From IMG/VR virus record IMGVR_UViG_3300034993_000256, positions 1-52,833 of that record: DNA of 52,833 nucleotides. One strand, written 5' to 3'. The stretch's first letter is position 1. Each line of letters opens with the position of its first letter. The stretch comes from a virus. Lineage: Duplodnaviria; Caudoviricetes. The position numbers and the translations under genes were made by a program. Below, piece after piece: positions 8,847 to 18,580 of the stretch. The notes under the pieces were generated by a model, which saw only the letters and a program-made list of their open reading frames with translations, was not told where the DNA came from and ran no database searches.

Positions 8847-10177
8847 TGGTCGCCAGGAGAAGGACACCCGTCGCAGGACCGTTAGCTGTCGAAGGTGAAT
8901 CAACCGGGGACGGTCGGATGTTGGAGGCCGGATCACTCGTCTGGGATGGCGTAATGCCTATACCAATTGTCTGGGATTCGGAAGATGGTGATCACTCTGG
9001 ATCTGTACTCGGCGCCATCGAGAGCATCACGCGGCGATCGAATGGCGTGATCTGGGGAGATGGATACCTCGAAGATAGTGATGTGCCAGAGTTCCAGGCA
9101 CTAGTCGACCGAGCTTGTGAAGTTCTTGAACAGGGCGCCGTCGGCGTGTCACTGCGCCTCGACAGCGAAGAAGTCGAGATCCGAGTTAAGCGCGAGCTCA
9201 TCGAAGTCGCCGCAGTTCAAGAGGCGAACATCGATCCTCCTGAGCTCGAGTCGGATGAAGACGGAGAGCGGATCGTTGTTACCCGGTTCGCAGCTGACGA
9301 TGCACTCTATGTCACGACTTCCGGGAGGGTCCGGCACCTTGCGATCGTTGATACCGCCGCGATCTGCATAGTCGACGGCGAGCGCTTTGGTGTCGTTGCT
9401 GCGTCCGGCGAATTGCGCAGTGCGACCGGTGCCATCGCCGCCTCGGCACTAGCAGGTGACTGGTCTGGTCGGGAATGGATGTTCGCGAATCCTCAGTTCG
9501 GCGATTTCACACTCGACGTACGCCTGCGGTATGATCCGGAGCGAAGCCTCTGGAGCTGTCCGACGACAGTCACCGATGACGGTCATGTGTTCGGACACAT
9601 CACTCCGCAGGGCATCTGTCTTCGCGGGCGCCCAGACAAGTGCGTCAATCCGCCCGATGGTGATCTCGAGGGGTTCATGCGCGGGCGTGCGCCCGCTGCG
9701 GGGGGTCTCCGTACTGGCGTGATTTGCGTCGCCGGCGGGCATTGTCAGACCGGTATCGGCGTTCTCGAAGCAACCCAGTTCTACGACAACACCGGACACG
9801 CAGTTGCGGATGTTCGCATCGGTCCAGATCGATACGGAATCTGGTTCGCTGGCATGATTCGACCTGGTGCGACGAAGGAACAAATCTACACGCTCGAGGC
9901 GAGTGACGTCTCAGGGCATTGGGAGTATCCGCTCCAAGGAACACGAAGTCGCGCGACGCTCGTCGGGTTGCCGGCTGTGAACATCGGCGGATTCCCGAAG
10001 GGTTATCTGACGTATCAAGAGTATGCCGGCGGTCTGGCTGCATCGGCATCTGTCGTCGGTGAGGGATGTGGAAGTTGGTCGCAAGAACTCACGGATGACG
10101 ACGTCGGTACTCGGCTCGCTCGTATGGAATTCGCACTCGGAGAGATGTACGCCGCACACCTGCGGGCGCAAGAGTAA
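8846..10177 (+). CDS. capsid maturation protease
   Basis: EGESTGDGRML, GVSLRLD, DDGHVFGHI, ADVRIG.D.YGIWFAG and VSGHW motifs; between portal and capsid genes. Confidence 0.8.
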   Translation: MVARRRTPVAGPLAVEGESTGDGRMLEAGSLVWDGVMPIPIVWDSEDGDHSGSVLGAIESITRRSNGVIWGDGYLEDSDVPEFQALVDRACEVLEQGAVGVSLRLDSEEVEIRVKRELIEVAAVQEANIDPPELESDEDGERIVVTRFAADDALYVTTSGRVRHLAIVDTAAICIVDGERFGVVAASGELRSATGAIAASALAGDWSGREWMFANPQFGDFTLDVRLRYDPERSLWSCPTTVTDDGHVFGHITPQGICLRGRPDKCVNPPDGDLEGFMRGRAPAAGGLRTGVICVAGGHCQTGIGVLEATQFYDNTGHAVADVRIGPDRYGIWFAGMIRPGATKEQIYTLEASDVSGHWEYPLQGTRSRATLVGLPAVNIGGFPKGYLTYQEYAGGLAASASVVGEGCGSWSQELTDDDVGTRLARMEFALGEMYAAHLRAQE

Positions 10178-10202
10178 ATCACCCACCACGTAAGGAGAGT
10201 TC

Positions 10203-10535
10203 ATGAATACTGATACTTCACTGATCGTCATCTCAGCACCGATTGTGACGCTGATCGTGGCTTTGTTGATCCCGATCGTCAATGGCTATTTCACCAAGAT
10301 CACTCTCTCTGGCGGTGTCAAGGGACTCATTACCCTCGTGTTGAACACCCTCGTCGCGTTCATCACCACAGCGACAACCGCCGAAGGAACCGCTGTCTTC
10401 TCGAAACAGACCGCCTACACCGCGGCCGTCGGTTTCATTATCTCTGTCGCGAGTTATGTCGGCATCTACAAGCCAGCCGACCTGACGTCGTCGGAGCCTG
10501 ACGGGAAGTTGTCACCCAATTCCGGTATCGGTTGA
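10203..10535 (+). CDS. small membrane protein (holin-like, about 3 TM helices)
   Basis: AAGGAG RBS; three hydrophobic segments. Confidence 0.65.
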   Translation: MNTDTSLIVISAPIVTLIVALLIPIVNGYFTKITLSGGVKGLITLVLNTLVAFITTATTAEGTAVFSKQTAYTAAVGFIISVASYVGIYKPADLTSSEPDGKLSPNSGIG

Positions 10536-10557
10536 TTCTGACTTCCGAAGACTGAGG

Positions 10558-10586
10558 TTTACAAAGTCAAAGCGGCCTGCTACAGT
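10558..10586 (+). promoter_or_regulatory. sigma70-type promoter for the capsid operon
   Basis: TTTACA (10558-63), 17 nt, TACAGT (10581-86) in the intergenic gap before the capsid gene. Confidence 0.65.
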
Positions 10587-10689
10587 CCGCACCAGATAGG
10601 TCCGCCGCGCAGTCGCATAGCGCAGTCGGAGGGCCGCAGCGCATAGCGCGGCACCCCACAGAACTACAGCGACTGAGGAGACGGATCAA

Positions 10690-12390
10690 ATGGACCTCGA
10701 AGCGATTCTCGCCATCATCGAGAGGATCGGCGGCGACAACCCCCCGACCGCGGATGAGCTGACGACCGCCCGAACCGAACTCGCCCGGGCGATCCACGCC
10801 GAAGCACGGAGTGAGGTGCCGGACCTCGAGGTCCTTACCACGCTCCGGACGGCGTTCGGCGCGGCCGGCACCGCTCTCACCGAGGCAGAGGCTGCGGCTG
10901 CTGTTCTTGCCGAGCAGGTCGAAGAGATCCTTGCTGACGTCGAGGATCCTGACCAGTCGGAAGACCCGCCTGCGGAAGACCCGCCTGCGGAAGACCCGCT
11001 CGTCGAGGACAGTGAGGTCCCGCCTGTTGCGGGCGAGACTCCGCCCGTCGTCACCGAACTTCCTCCGCCCGTCGTCGGCGCTGAGCCTGAGGCGATCCCG
11101 GTTGCTGCTGCGGCCGCTCGGACGCCCGCTGCTCGGACGCTGTCCCTCCGCGAAGCCGCGGCTAGGGTACGGGTCCGTCCGCCGGCTCCCGCATCTGAGA
11201 CTGTCGCAGCCGGTGCTGGTGGTGCTTCGATTTACATCCTGGGGCACGAGGTCACCACGGCCCCGACCCTCTACGAAGCGGCCGACGCGTTCCGGCGTTT
11301 CGTCCGCTCGCCGTCGAAGGGCCGGACGGAGATCATCCAGTTCGAGAATCACATGGATGAGGGTCTCATCCTCCCCGGCACGCCAGAGGGCAATACTCGA
11401 CTGCTCGACAGCTTCACCAGTCCCGAAGCCGTTGCGGCTGCCGGCGGCTGTTGCTCACTCCCGACGCCCATCCGTTCGCAGAACGTCCTGAGTTCGACGG
11501 ACACCCCCATCCGTAACTCGCTTCCGACCATCGGTGTTCAGAGCACCGGCGCAGTTACCTACTTCCCGGCCGTCTGTCTCCCAGATGACGGTGTGTGGAC
11601 GTGGCTCTGTTCGCAGGACGAGCTCGTTGATCCGGAAGATCCGGAGACGTGGAAGGAATGCGCATTCATCGAATGCCCAGATTCCGAAACGACCATCGTT
11701 GACGCGATTTACCGGTGTCTGACTATCGGTGAATTCCAGCGGCGTTTCGCCACTGAACAGTGGGTCGCCATCCTCCAGGCGACCCTGGCCCTCCAGGCGC
11801 GCCTCGCCGAGCTCAAGACCTGGACGCAGATGATTGCCGGTGTTAGTAGCACGCATACCGCCGACGCGACCGGTTCGGTCTTCACGACTTGGGCGACTAG
11901 CCTCCGTCTCGCCGCGGACACCATCCGTCAGGATCAGCGCTATACCGACGTTCAGCTTCATCAGTGGCTCCCTGGCTGGATGCGTGGAGCGATCCACAAC
12001 GATCTGATCAACCGGCGCCTTGTCGATGTTCAGGATCCCACAGTTGTCGACAGCATGATCAACTCGGTCGCCGCCCAGGCGAATACCAACCTGACGTTCT
12101 CAATCGACACTGATCCGATCCAAGCAGGACCGCAGGGTGACGGTCCCCTGGCCGACTACCCAGCGCTGGCCTCGACGATCCTGGCGCCCGAGGGGTACTA
12201 CTCGTACCTCGAAGGCGGTGGTTTCAATATAGGTGTCGAGATCCGCGACATAGACCTCGCCCGCCAGAATGCCGTCGGTGCCTTCGCCGAAGATTTCGGT
12301 GCAGTCCTTGCCCGTGGATGCAATGCCAAGCGCCTCAACATCCCCGTCGGGATCTGCATGAACGCACCTGGATGTGACGATTCCGCATGA
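10690..12390 (+). CDS. major capsid (hexamer-type) protein with N-terminal scaffold-like region
   Basis: GAGGAG RBS; helical acidic/Pro-rich N-terminal half, then AVAAAGGCCSLP, LPTIGV..GAV.YF and KEC..IECP as in actinophage hexamer capsid proteins. Confidence 0.85.
   Translation: MDLEAILAIIERIGGDNPPTADELTTARTELARAIHAEARSEVPDLEVLTTLRTAFGAAGTALTEAEAAAAVLAEQVEEILADVEDPDQSEDPPAEDPPAEDPLVEDSEVPPVAGETPPVVTELPPPVVGAEPEAIPVAAAAARTPAARTLSLREAAARVRVRPPAPASETVAAGAGGASIYILGHEVTTAPTLYEAADAFRRFVRSPSKGRTEIIQFENHMDEGLILPGTPEGNTRLLDSFTSPEAVAAAGGCCSLPTPIRSQNVLSSTDTPIRNSLPTIGVQSTGAVTYFPAVCLPDDGVWTWLCSQDELVDPEDPETWKECAFIECPDSETTIVDAIYRCLTIGEFQRRFATEQWVAILQATLALQARLAELKTWTQMIAGVSSTHTADATGSVFTTWATSLRLAADTIRQDQRYTDVQLHQWLPGWMRGAIHNDLINRRLVDVQDPTVVDSMINSVAAQANTNLTFSIDTDPIQAGPQGDGPLADYPALASTILAPEGYYSYLEGGGFNIGVEIRDIDLARQNAVGAFAEDFGAVLARGCNAKRLNIPVGICMNAPGCDDSA
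10958..10999 (+). repeat. 15-bp tandem repeat x2.8 (EDPPA) in the capsid linker
   Basis: CGGAAGACCCGCCTG repeated directly. Confidence 0.85.
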
Positions 12391-13166
12391 CGATGCTTCA
12401 TGAGCCGGTCGATCTTGGCAGCGGAAGGCGCCTGCGTGGCGGGATTCTTGCCCAGGCGCTTCCACTTCCTGATGGCTGGGAGAATGGTATCGGGTTTCTT
12501 GGCACTGGTTGCCAGGAGCCTCAGATCGAACTTCCATGCGTCGTCACTGATCGGACTGAGATTCGTCCCGGTGAGGGAGTCTTCTTCGAGCCGATCTTTG
12601 TCCAACAGTCTTCGGCCTGCTCGACCTTGTCCAAGCTCGGCCACACGGACATCGCGGCGGATCGTCTCGAATCCACAACTGAGTGGGCCCTCGGGCGCCT
12701 GCTCGCGACAGGATTCACCACCACTAACCCGGCGCTAGCCGACGCGGATCTGATCTCGGCCAGTGCTGAAGCAGTCGATGCGATGTCCTGTCTTGAGCAG
12801 GCGATCGCTGATGTTGGTTTCGGAGCGGACGCTGTTATCCACGTGCCATTTCGCGCGGCCGCCTATCTCCGTCAGCAATACCTCATCGACGACTTGGGGC
12901 GTAGCCCGACCGGTATCCCGGTCATCATTAGCCCCGGGTACCCTGTGACCGAAGATGATGAGGTCAGTCTCTGGGCGACCGGACCCGTGTTCGCCGCGGT
13001 GACCGACGCCTACCCACTCGTCGATGGTGTCACTGGTCTTCCGCCGATGAAGTGGCGCCAGAACACAGACGCCGCGTATCAGCAGAGGATGGCACTTGCT
13101 GTGTTCGATCCCTGCCTGAACCTGACCGTGACCTTCCCCGTTCCAGTTTGCACCGGAGGCTCTTGA
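12387..13166 (+). CDS. second capsid-associated protein (pentamer-type)
   Basis: Directly follows the capsid gene; WENGIGF, LEQAIA, GIPVIISPGY, LWATGPVF motifs typical of this gene in such phages. Confidence 0.7.
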   Translation: MTMLHEPVDLGSGRRLRGGILAQALPLPDGWENGIGFLGTGCQEPQIELPCVVTDRTEIRPGEGVFFEPIFVQQSSACSTLSKLGHTDIAADRLESTTEWALGRLLATGFTTTNPALADADLISASAEAVDAMSCLEQAIADVGFGADAVIHVPFRAAAYLRQQYLIDDLGRSPTGIPVIISPGYPVTEDDEVSLWATGPVFAAVTDAYPLVDGVTGLPPMKWRQNTDAAYQQRMALAVFDPCLNLTVTFPVPVCTGGS

Positions 13167-13167
13167 C

Positions 13168-13872
13168 ATGCCCGCACAGTGTTTCCCCTTCGCCCAGGGC
13201 CGTCGTCTCAGGGTCACCGCAGTCGATGCTTGCGGTGCTCCAATCGAGGACGACGACTGCGCACGAGTCGTATCGAGCGGATTCGTCCAAGTCTCCGTCG
13301 GCAGTGAGACGATCACGGGTACGAGCATTCGGCCGCTGAACGCAGCCGGCGAGCTCTGTTACCAACTCCGTGCGCCAGACGTCTTCACGAACCATACCCT
13401 GTCCATCGAGTTCTGCGAAGTGGACCCTTCGTTGATGGGTCTGGTGACGCACTCCAACCCAGTCTACGATTACGACGGAGAGACCATCGTCGGATTCCAG
13501 ACGTTGGAAGGTGTCAAGGTCGGCGGCTACGCACTCGAGGTCTGGATGGGCGTTCCTGGTGTCGATTGCCCGCCTGAAAGCGTGAACCCGGTCGACAGTC
13601 TCGGCTATGTTCTCTTCCCGTACATCATCGCAGGGCCGCTCGGCGACTTCACGATCGCGAATGATGCGATCAACTTCACTGTCGCCGGCTACACCAGGGG
13701 CAATGGTGCCTGGCTCACAGGTCCATACGATGTCGTCGCGCAGGATGTCGCGAACCTCGCCGGTCCGTTGATCGATCCGATCCCCAGCGACGCACATGCC
13801 CACCTGCAGTGGACTTCGGTCCCGGCGCCAGACGCGTTCTGCGGCTGTCAGCCGCTCGTCGGCAGCAGCTGA
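13168..13872 (+). CDS. major tail protein
   Basis: GRRLRVTAVDACG, SSGFVQV, NAAGELC, FCEVDP, TGPYDVV motifs. Confidence 0.85.
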   Translation: MPAQCFPFAQGRRLRVTAVDACGAPIEDDDCARVVSSGFVQVSVGSETITGTSIRPLNAAGELCYQLRAPDVFTNHTLSIEFCEVDPSLMGLVTHSNPVYDYDGETIVGFQTLEGVKVGGYALEVWMGVPGVDCPPESVNPVDSLGYVLFPYIIAGPLGDFTIANDAINFTVAGYTRGNGAWLTGPYDVVAQDVANLAGPLIDPIPSDAHAHLQWTSVPAPDAFCGCQPLVGSS

Positions 13873-13878
13873 CAAGTT

Positions 13879-13938
13879 GTCAGGCTTCGCCGCCTGACCC
13901 TCCGGCGGGTGTTCCTGTCCCAACCAGGGGCACCCGCC
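13879..13938 (+). terminator. tandem hairpins after the major tail gene
   Basis: GTCAGGC-ttcgcc-GCCTGAC (13879-98) and a 14-bp stem GGCGGGTGTTCCTG/CAGGGGCACCCGCC (13904-38, two G-U pairs); no U tract. Confidence 0.65.
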
Positions 13939-13948
13939 AATAGGGTTA

Positions 13949-13957
13949 TGGTACAAT
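13949..13957 (+). promoter_or_regulatory. extended -10 promoter (TGG-TACAAT), probably leaderless
   Basis: TGGTACAAT just after the hairpins; in-frame GTG 7 nt downstream at 13965; no RBS. Confidence 0.6.
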
Positions 13958-13964
13958 GTCATGC

Positions 13965-14621
13965 GTGGACGATCTGCCGGACGTAGTGTACGTTGTCAAG
14001 CCCGGCGAACGAAACAACGCACTGAGGTATTCACTTCGCTCACTCGCGAACCTTCCGCATCGTCGAGTCATCATCGGCGGTTCGTGCCCCACCTGGGTAA
14101 AGAATGTCGTCCACGTCCCAGTCCCTCGACTTTCTAGAAGTAAGTTCGACTCCATCGAGGCGAACCTCAAGGCGGCACTCAATGATATGGATATCACGGA
14201 CGAGTGCACGTACTTCAATGATGATTTCTACGTCATGACGCCGCTCGAGCGAATGCCCGTCCTTCACGGCGGTCCGGCTATCGACTACCATCCACGAGAA
14301 CAAATAGGACGACGTTACCGGAAGACGATCGCGGCGCTTGGTGACCCTTGTGCTCTCACGTATGATGGGACGCATGTCCCGCTTCCTATCATCACGGATG
14401 ACGTTCTCCGATCTCTTGAACTCTCGCCTGGAGGTATTCTTTGGCGAACGTGGTATGGGAATACGTACGACATTGACGGAGAACGGACGCACAATGCGAA
14501 GGTGCGTAGTGCTAAAGGTACGATCCCGGACGGGCCATTCCTGTCGTCGTCACCGATGAGTTTACCCGCCCTCAAAGAGTACCTCGAGGATACCCTGCCG
14601 AGAAGGAGTCCGTATGTCTGA
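13965..14621 (+). CDS. Stealth-like hexose-phosphate transferase / glycosyltransferase
   Basis: DVVYV, LRYSLRSL and YFNDDFY match Stealth conserved regions 1 and 2. The ORF track starts it at ATG 13956. Confidence 0.75.
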   Translation: MDDLPDVVYVVKPGERNNALRYSLRSLANLPHRRVIIGGSCPTWVKNVVHVPVPRLSRSKFDSIEANLKAALNDMDITDECTYFNDDFYVMTPLERMPVLHGGPAIDYHPREQIGRRYRKTIAALGDPCALTYDGTHVPLPIITDDVLRSLELSPGGILWRTWYGNTYDIDGERTHNAKVRSAKGTIPDGPFLSSSPMSLPALKEYLEDTLPRRSPYV

Positions 14622-15204
14622 TGCCGAGTTCGAATATCACGGTGAGGTCCTGCCGTACTTTTTCCACATGTACAATCTCACGCATCTGAATGAGCGAATG
14701 GCCGAACTCGCCATCGCACATTGGTGGCTTGCGACGCAACTTCCGACGAACAACCCAGATCACGGTCTGGAGGTCGGCAACGTGCTCGGGCATTATCGTC
14801 GGCGGAAGCACACGGTCGTTGATCTTCATGAACAGGCCGCATGGTACCAATGGAATCATCAGAGTGTCATCAACGAGGACATGTTCGTGTTCGTTGACCG
14901 GTCAATCACCTTTCCCTGGGTCTGTTCTATCTCGACGATCGAGCACACAGGTGCGGGACTTATGGCTCTGGAGGCATTGAAGATGCTGACGCAGCCTGGC
15001 GGGAAGGGGATTGTGACATTTCCAACTGGCGTCGATGAAGATCTCGATAGGTTAGTTGCCGCGGGTCTTCCTGGTTTCTTTGATCGAGCGTGTACCATCA
15101 GCCGTTGCGGCGATGGGTGGTTGCAAGACGACCGGCCGGTAGTTAGTGAGTACGGTCCCTGGGCGAATACTGTTGCAGTGTGCGAATGGACCGCTCCGGA
15201 ATGA
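14614..15204 (+). CDS. class I SAM-dependent methyltransferase-like protein
   Basis: LEVGNV, VVD, SISTIEHTG and LTQPGGKGIVTFP motifs. Confidence 0.7.
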   Translation: MSDAEFEYHGEVLPYFFHMYNLTHLNERMAELAIAHWWLATQLPTNNPDHGLEVGNVLGHYRRRKHTVVDLHEQAAWYQWNHQSVINEDMFVFVDRSITFPWVCSISTIEHTGAGLMALEALKMLTQPGGKGIVTFPTGVDEDLDRLVAAGLPGFFDRACTISRCGDGWLQDDRPVVSEYGPWANTVAVCEWTAPE

Positions 15205-17387
15205 AGGTCGTCATTCTTGTCCCCAGACGACGTGATAACGGATGGCGCGACAAACTCTGGGCGTTCTGTCGTCAGCGATGGGTTGAGCATCACGACCCGA
15301 TGCCGATCTACGAAGGTCATCATGAGATGGGCCCGTTCAATCGGTCTGCTGCGGTCAATGCCGCGTCCGAACTCGCTGATCGCGACGGTCGATGGGATGT
15401 GGCACTGATCATCGACAGTGACACGATCAGCGACTCAAAGGCGGTCCAAGCGGCTATCGAATACGCCGTTCGAACGGGTGGACTCGCAGTCGCTCACGAT
15501 CAGCGGCACATGATGAGTCAGCATGCCACTATCGCGATCCTGGACGGGTACGTAGGCAGTTGGAAGCGTAACAGGATGGTTCGTCGGACGTACACCGACA
15601 GCGTGAGTTGTGCAGTGGCTGTAGCGCGGCAGACGTGGGATTTGGTTGGTGGATTCGATGAACGATTCGTCGGGTGGGGATTCGAAGATACCGGATTCCA
15701 CATCGCGTGCGAGACGATGACTGGAATACCGATTCACAACGTGCCAGGCGAGTGCTTCCACCTCTGGCACCCGCTGTCACCTGAAGCGTCGAAGGACGCC
15801 ATCACGTATGAGTTGAATCGATCTCTCAAGCGCCGTTACGAGGCTGTGCGGTGGAACAAGGAACGACTTCAGCGTCTGCTCGGTACGAGTGACGAACAGG
15901 CCGTCGGTACGATCCCTCGAATCCTCCACCGGACCGTTCCTGAAGTGACGAGTTCACAGGTTGAGGGGTGGTGGCAGCGCTTCGAAGAACTTCATCCGGA
16001 CTGGGACCTCAGGACGTACCGTGAGCCGATTGACCCGATCGATTGGCCGATGACCGGCGACCTCTTTGCCCGCTGTCAGAACGGAGCGCAGAAGGCTGGC
16101 CTCATCCGACTCGAAGCGATCTTTACTCACGGTGGCGTATACGTCGACAGTGATGTGGAACCGTACCGACCGCTCGATTCGCTCCTCCAATGCAAAGCAT
16201 TCGCAGCATGGGAGGATGAGAAGGTCGTGCCTGACGCTGTGATGGGCGCGATTGCCGAGCATCCTGCCTGGCTCGAGTTGATCGGGCGAGCTCGTGAGGC
16301 GATTGAAGGCGGTCAAGACGCATGGGCGTCGGGTCCGGGCGGGACAACTGAACTTCTCCCTGGGCGGGAAGATGTCTTACTCCTTCCGCCCGGTGCCTTC
16401 TATCCGGCGCACTACTTGGAGAAGGCGAGACTCGGCCAGAGCGGTGCGAAACCCTGGGTGTTCATGGAGCACAAGTGGCATCATAGTTGGGGCACTCCTG
16501 CACAGCACGCGACGAATCAGAGACGGCAGCGGGTTCATCTCGAACCCGAGCCTGAAGTTGTGTGCAAGCCTGATCTACGAATCGCTCTGTGTATGCCGTG
16601 GAACAACCCGGACGATCGTTGGCGGCGGGATGCGCATGAGTGGTGCGTTCGTTGGTGGAAGTCAGGTGACTTGCCGATCTTTGAAGGTGTGGGGGATAGT
16701 CGATCAGCGATGTGCAATGACGCAGCCAAGTGGGCGGGCAATGCAGACGTTCTGGTGTTCGTTGACGCTGATACGTGGGTACCTCGCGCTCAGATCTATG
16801 AGGCGGCTCGTATTGCTCATGAGACCGGATGCATGACGCACGCATTCACGACGTACACACGACTGAGTTCGTCACTCACGCGACAGACTCAGAAACGACA
16901 TGTCGAGAAGGTTAGTGCGGTCCAACTTGCCAAGACGAATCGTCGTCATCGAAGTCATGTCTCAGGTGCGAATGCCGTACCACTCGCGCTCTGGCAGCGA
17001 CTTGGTGGGTACGACGAACGATTCACGGAGTGGGGTCATGAAGATCGAGCATTCGATCTTGCGGCCGGATGTCTCGGCGGTGGCATCAACCGTGTCGAGG
17101 GGCCGGCCCTACACTGGTATCATCCACCTGTCGACGGCAAATTGATGAGACCGACGATGGATGACCCGGCAACGCAGCTCGTAATTCGTTATGCGCAAGC
17201 TGCGGGGCGTGTTCCTGATGCCGGACGAGCTCTCATCCACGCTGTGCACCGCGTACCGACCGATGCTCAGCCCGACGTTGAGGCGATGCTCGCGATCCTC
17301 CGCGAGGACGGCGGGCCATTGGCCTCAGCGATATCTTACCCCGCGGGGGCTGTCTCTCCGCGAGAAGCAAGTCTCGGACCTCTGTAA
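15201..17387 (+). CDS. three-domain glycosyltransferase (GT2/7-like + GT32-like + GT2/7-like)
   Basis: Domain 1 IDSD, GGFDERFVGWGFED; domain 2 IPRILH, GGVYVDSDV, SGPG; domain 3 VDAD, GGYDERFTEWGHED. ATG 15201 overlaps the upstream stop. Confidence 0.88.
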   Translation: MKVVILVPRRRDNGWRDKLWAFCRQRWVEHHDPMPIYEGHHEMGPFNRSAAVNAASELADRDGRWDVALIIDSDTISDSKAVQAAIEYAVRTGGLAVAHDQRHMMSQHATIAILDGYVGSWKRNRMVRRTYTDSVSCAVAVARQTWDLVGGFDERFVGWGFEDTGFHIACETMTGIPIHNVPGECFHLWHPLSPEASKDAITYELNRSLKRRYEAVRWNKERLQRLLGTSDEQAVGTIPRILHRTVPEVTSSQVEGWWQRFEELHPDWDLRTYREPIDPIDWPMTGDLFARCQNGAQKAGLIRLEAIFTHGGVYVDSDVEPYRPLDSLLQCKAFAAWEDEKVVPDAVMGAIAEHPAWLELIGRAREAIEGGQDAWASGPGGTTELLPGREDVLLLPPGAFYPAHYLEKARLGQSGAKPWVFMEHKWHHSWGTPAQHATNQRRQRVHLEPEPEVVCKPDLRIALCMPWNNPDDRWRRDAHEWCVRWWKSGDLPIFEGVGDSRSAMCNDAAKWAGNADVLVFVDADTWVPRAQIYEAARIAHETGCMTHAFTTYTRLSSSLTRQTQKRHVEKVSAVQLAKTNRRHRSHVSGANAVPLALWQRLGGYDERFTEWGHEDRAFDLAAGCLGGGINRVEGPALHWYHPPVDGKLMRPTMDDPATQLVIRYAQAAGRVPDAGRALIHAVHRVPTDAQPDVEAMLAILREDGGPLASAISYPAGAVSPREASLGPL

Positions 17388-17417
17388 TACCTCAGAGCGG
17401 CGTGATAGCCTGCTCGC

Positions 17418-18101
17418 ATGCCCGCATGTGGCTGGGACATCAGTGGATGTTGCGGAGATTGCGCTCCGTACCAGAACCTCGACAATGCCATCAAAGACAT
17501 GGTCGATGCGTGGGCGATCAATCGACTTTGGGAGTGGACCAATCAACGTTTCGGCCCGTGTGAGGTCACGTACACGAATGAGAGTGAGGAGTGTTGTTGG
17601 CTTGGCGGTCGGTATCGTTCGGCCTGCCGGAATTCGGATCTCATTCTGCCGGGTCCGATCGCCGAACCGCTCGAGGTCACGGTTGGTGGTGAAGTCATTG
17701 ATGTCTGTGATCTTCGAGTCGATGACTACGCGTATCTAGTTCGGTTGGACGGCGGTAATTTCCGCGGTGATTGGTCGGTCACGTACCTGAAGGGCGAACC
17801 GATTCCGCCGGGTGGCGAGTTAGTCGCCGGACTCCTCGCCTGTGAGTATGCGAAGTCGATCTGTAATGATAAGACGTGTCAACTTCCGAAACGACTCACA
17901 ACCGTCACGCGTGAAGGTCTTACAATGGGGACGATCGATAACTTCACGGGACTCAAGGACGGATTTACGGGCATCTGGATCATCGACGACTGGATCGCAA
18001 CGAACAATGCCAAGCTGAGTTCATGGAAGGCGGCAACGGTCAGCAGTCCCGATATCACGCGTCCGCGCCTGACGACCTGGACTTGCGATGAGTCGTCATG
18101 A
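17418..18101 (+). CDS. head-to-tail adaptor
   Basis: LWEWTNQRFGPC, LACEYAK, C.LP.R.T.VTREG and TGIWIIDDWI motifs. Confidence 0.8.
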   Translation: MPACGWDISGCCGDCAPYQNLDNAIKDMVDAWAINRLWEWTNQRFGPCEVTYTNESEECCWLGGRYRSACRNSDLILPGPIAEPLEVTVGGEVIDVCDLRVDDYAYLVRLDGGNFRGDWSVTYLKGEPIPPGGELVAGLLACEYAKSICNDKTCQLPKRLTTVTREGLTMGTIDNFTGLKDGFTGIWIIDDWIATNNAKLSSWKAATVSSPDITRPRLTTWTCDESS

Positions 18102-18580
18102 ATCTGATTGATGCACTTCATGACCTTCTCGACTATGTAGAGGGAGAGATCGACCCTCCGGTCTGTCGTAAGTTTGTGTACCCCGGATTGAACGCTCCGC
18201 ACGATTCATGTGAAGCAACGTCAGAAGGTAACGGTCAGATTTGGGTCGGGCACGGCGACACGCTCGTTGGTTGGCCATCTCCGACCGGACTACCGACTGT
18301 TTGCTCGACGCCACTCAACGAGACAGTCGAGCTCGGCATCGTACGCTGTCAGAAGGGTTCCCTTCAAGACGGCGGCGAGTTACCTGATGTCAATCTCATC
18401 ACGGAGGATGCTCAACAACAGGAAGACGATCGCCAGGCGCTACGCCGAGCGATCATGTGCTGCTGGGGTATCGAAGGCCGCGACTTGATCGTCGATAGTT
18501 GGCGACCTATTCCGCCGTTGGGTAAGTGCGTTGGCGGCGTCTGGACCTTCCAATTTCGGATGGACGGATGTAATTGCTGA
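18098..18580 (+). CDS. neck/tail terminator-like protein
   Basis: ELGIVRC and P.G.CVGG.W motifs; follows the adaptor. Confidence 0.65.
   Translation: MNLIDALHDLLDYVEGEIDPPVCRKFVYPGLNAPHDSCEATSEGNGQIWVGHGDTLVGWPSPTGLPTVCSTPLNETVELGIVRCQKGSLQDGGELPDVNLITEDAQQQEDDRQALRRAIMCCWGIEGRDLIVDSWRPIPPLGKCVGGVWTFQFRMDGCNC

Noticed and set aside
14614-15204. Methyltransferase as a CmoA-like carboxy-SAM synthase for the C5-MTase
   Set aside because: Short, lacks a recognisable CmoA signature by eye and is embedded among glycosyltransferases; a glycan-related role is more likely.
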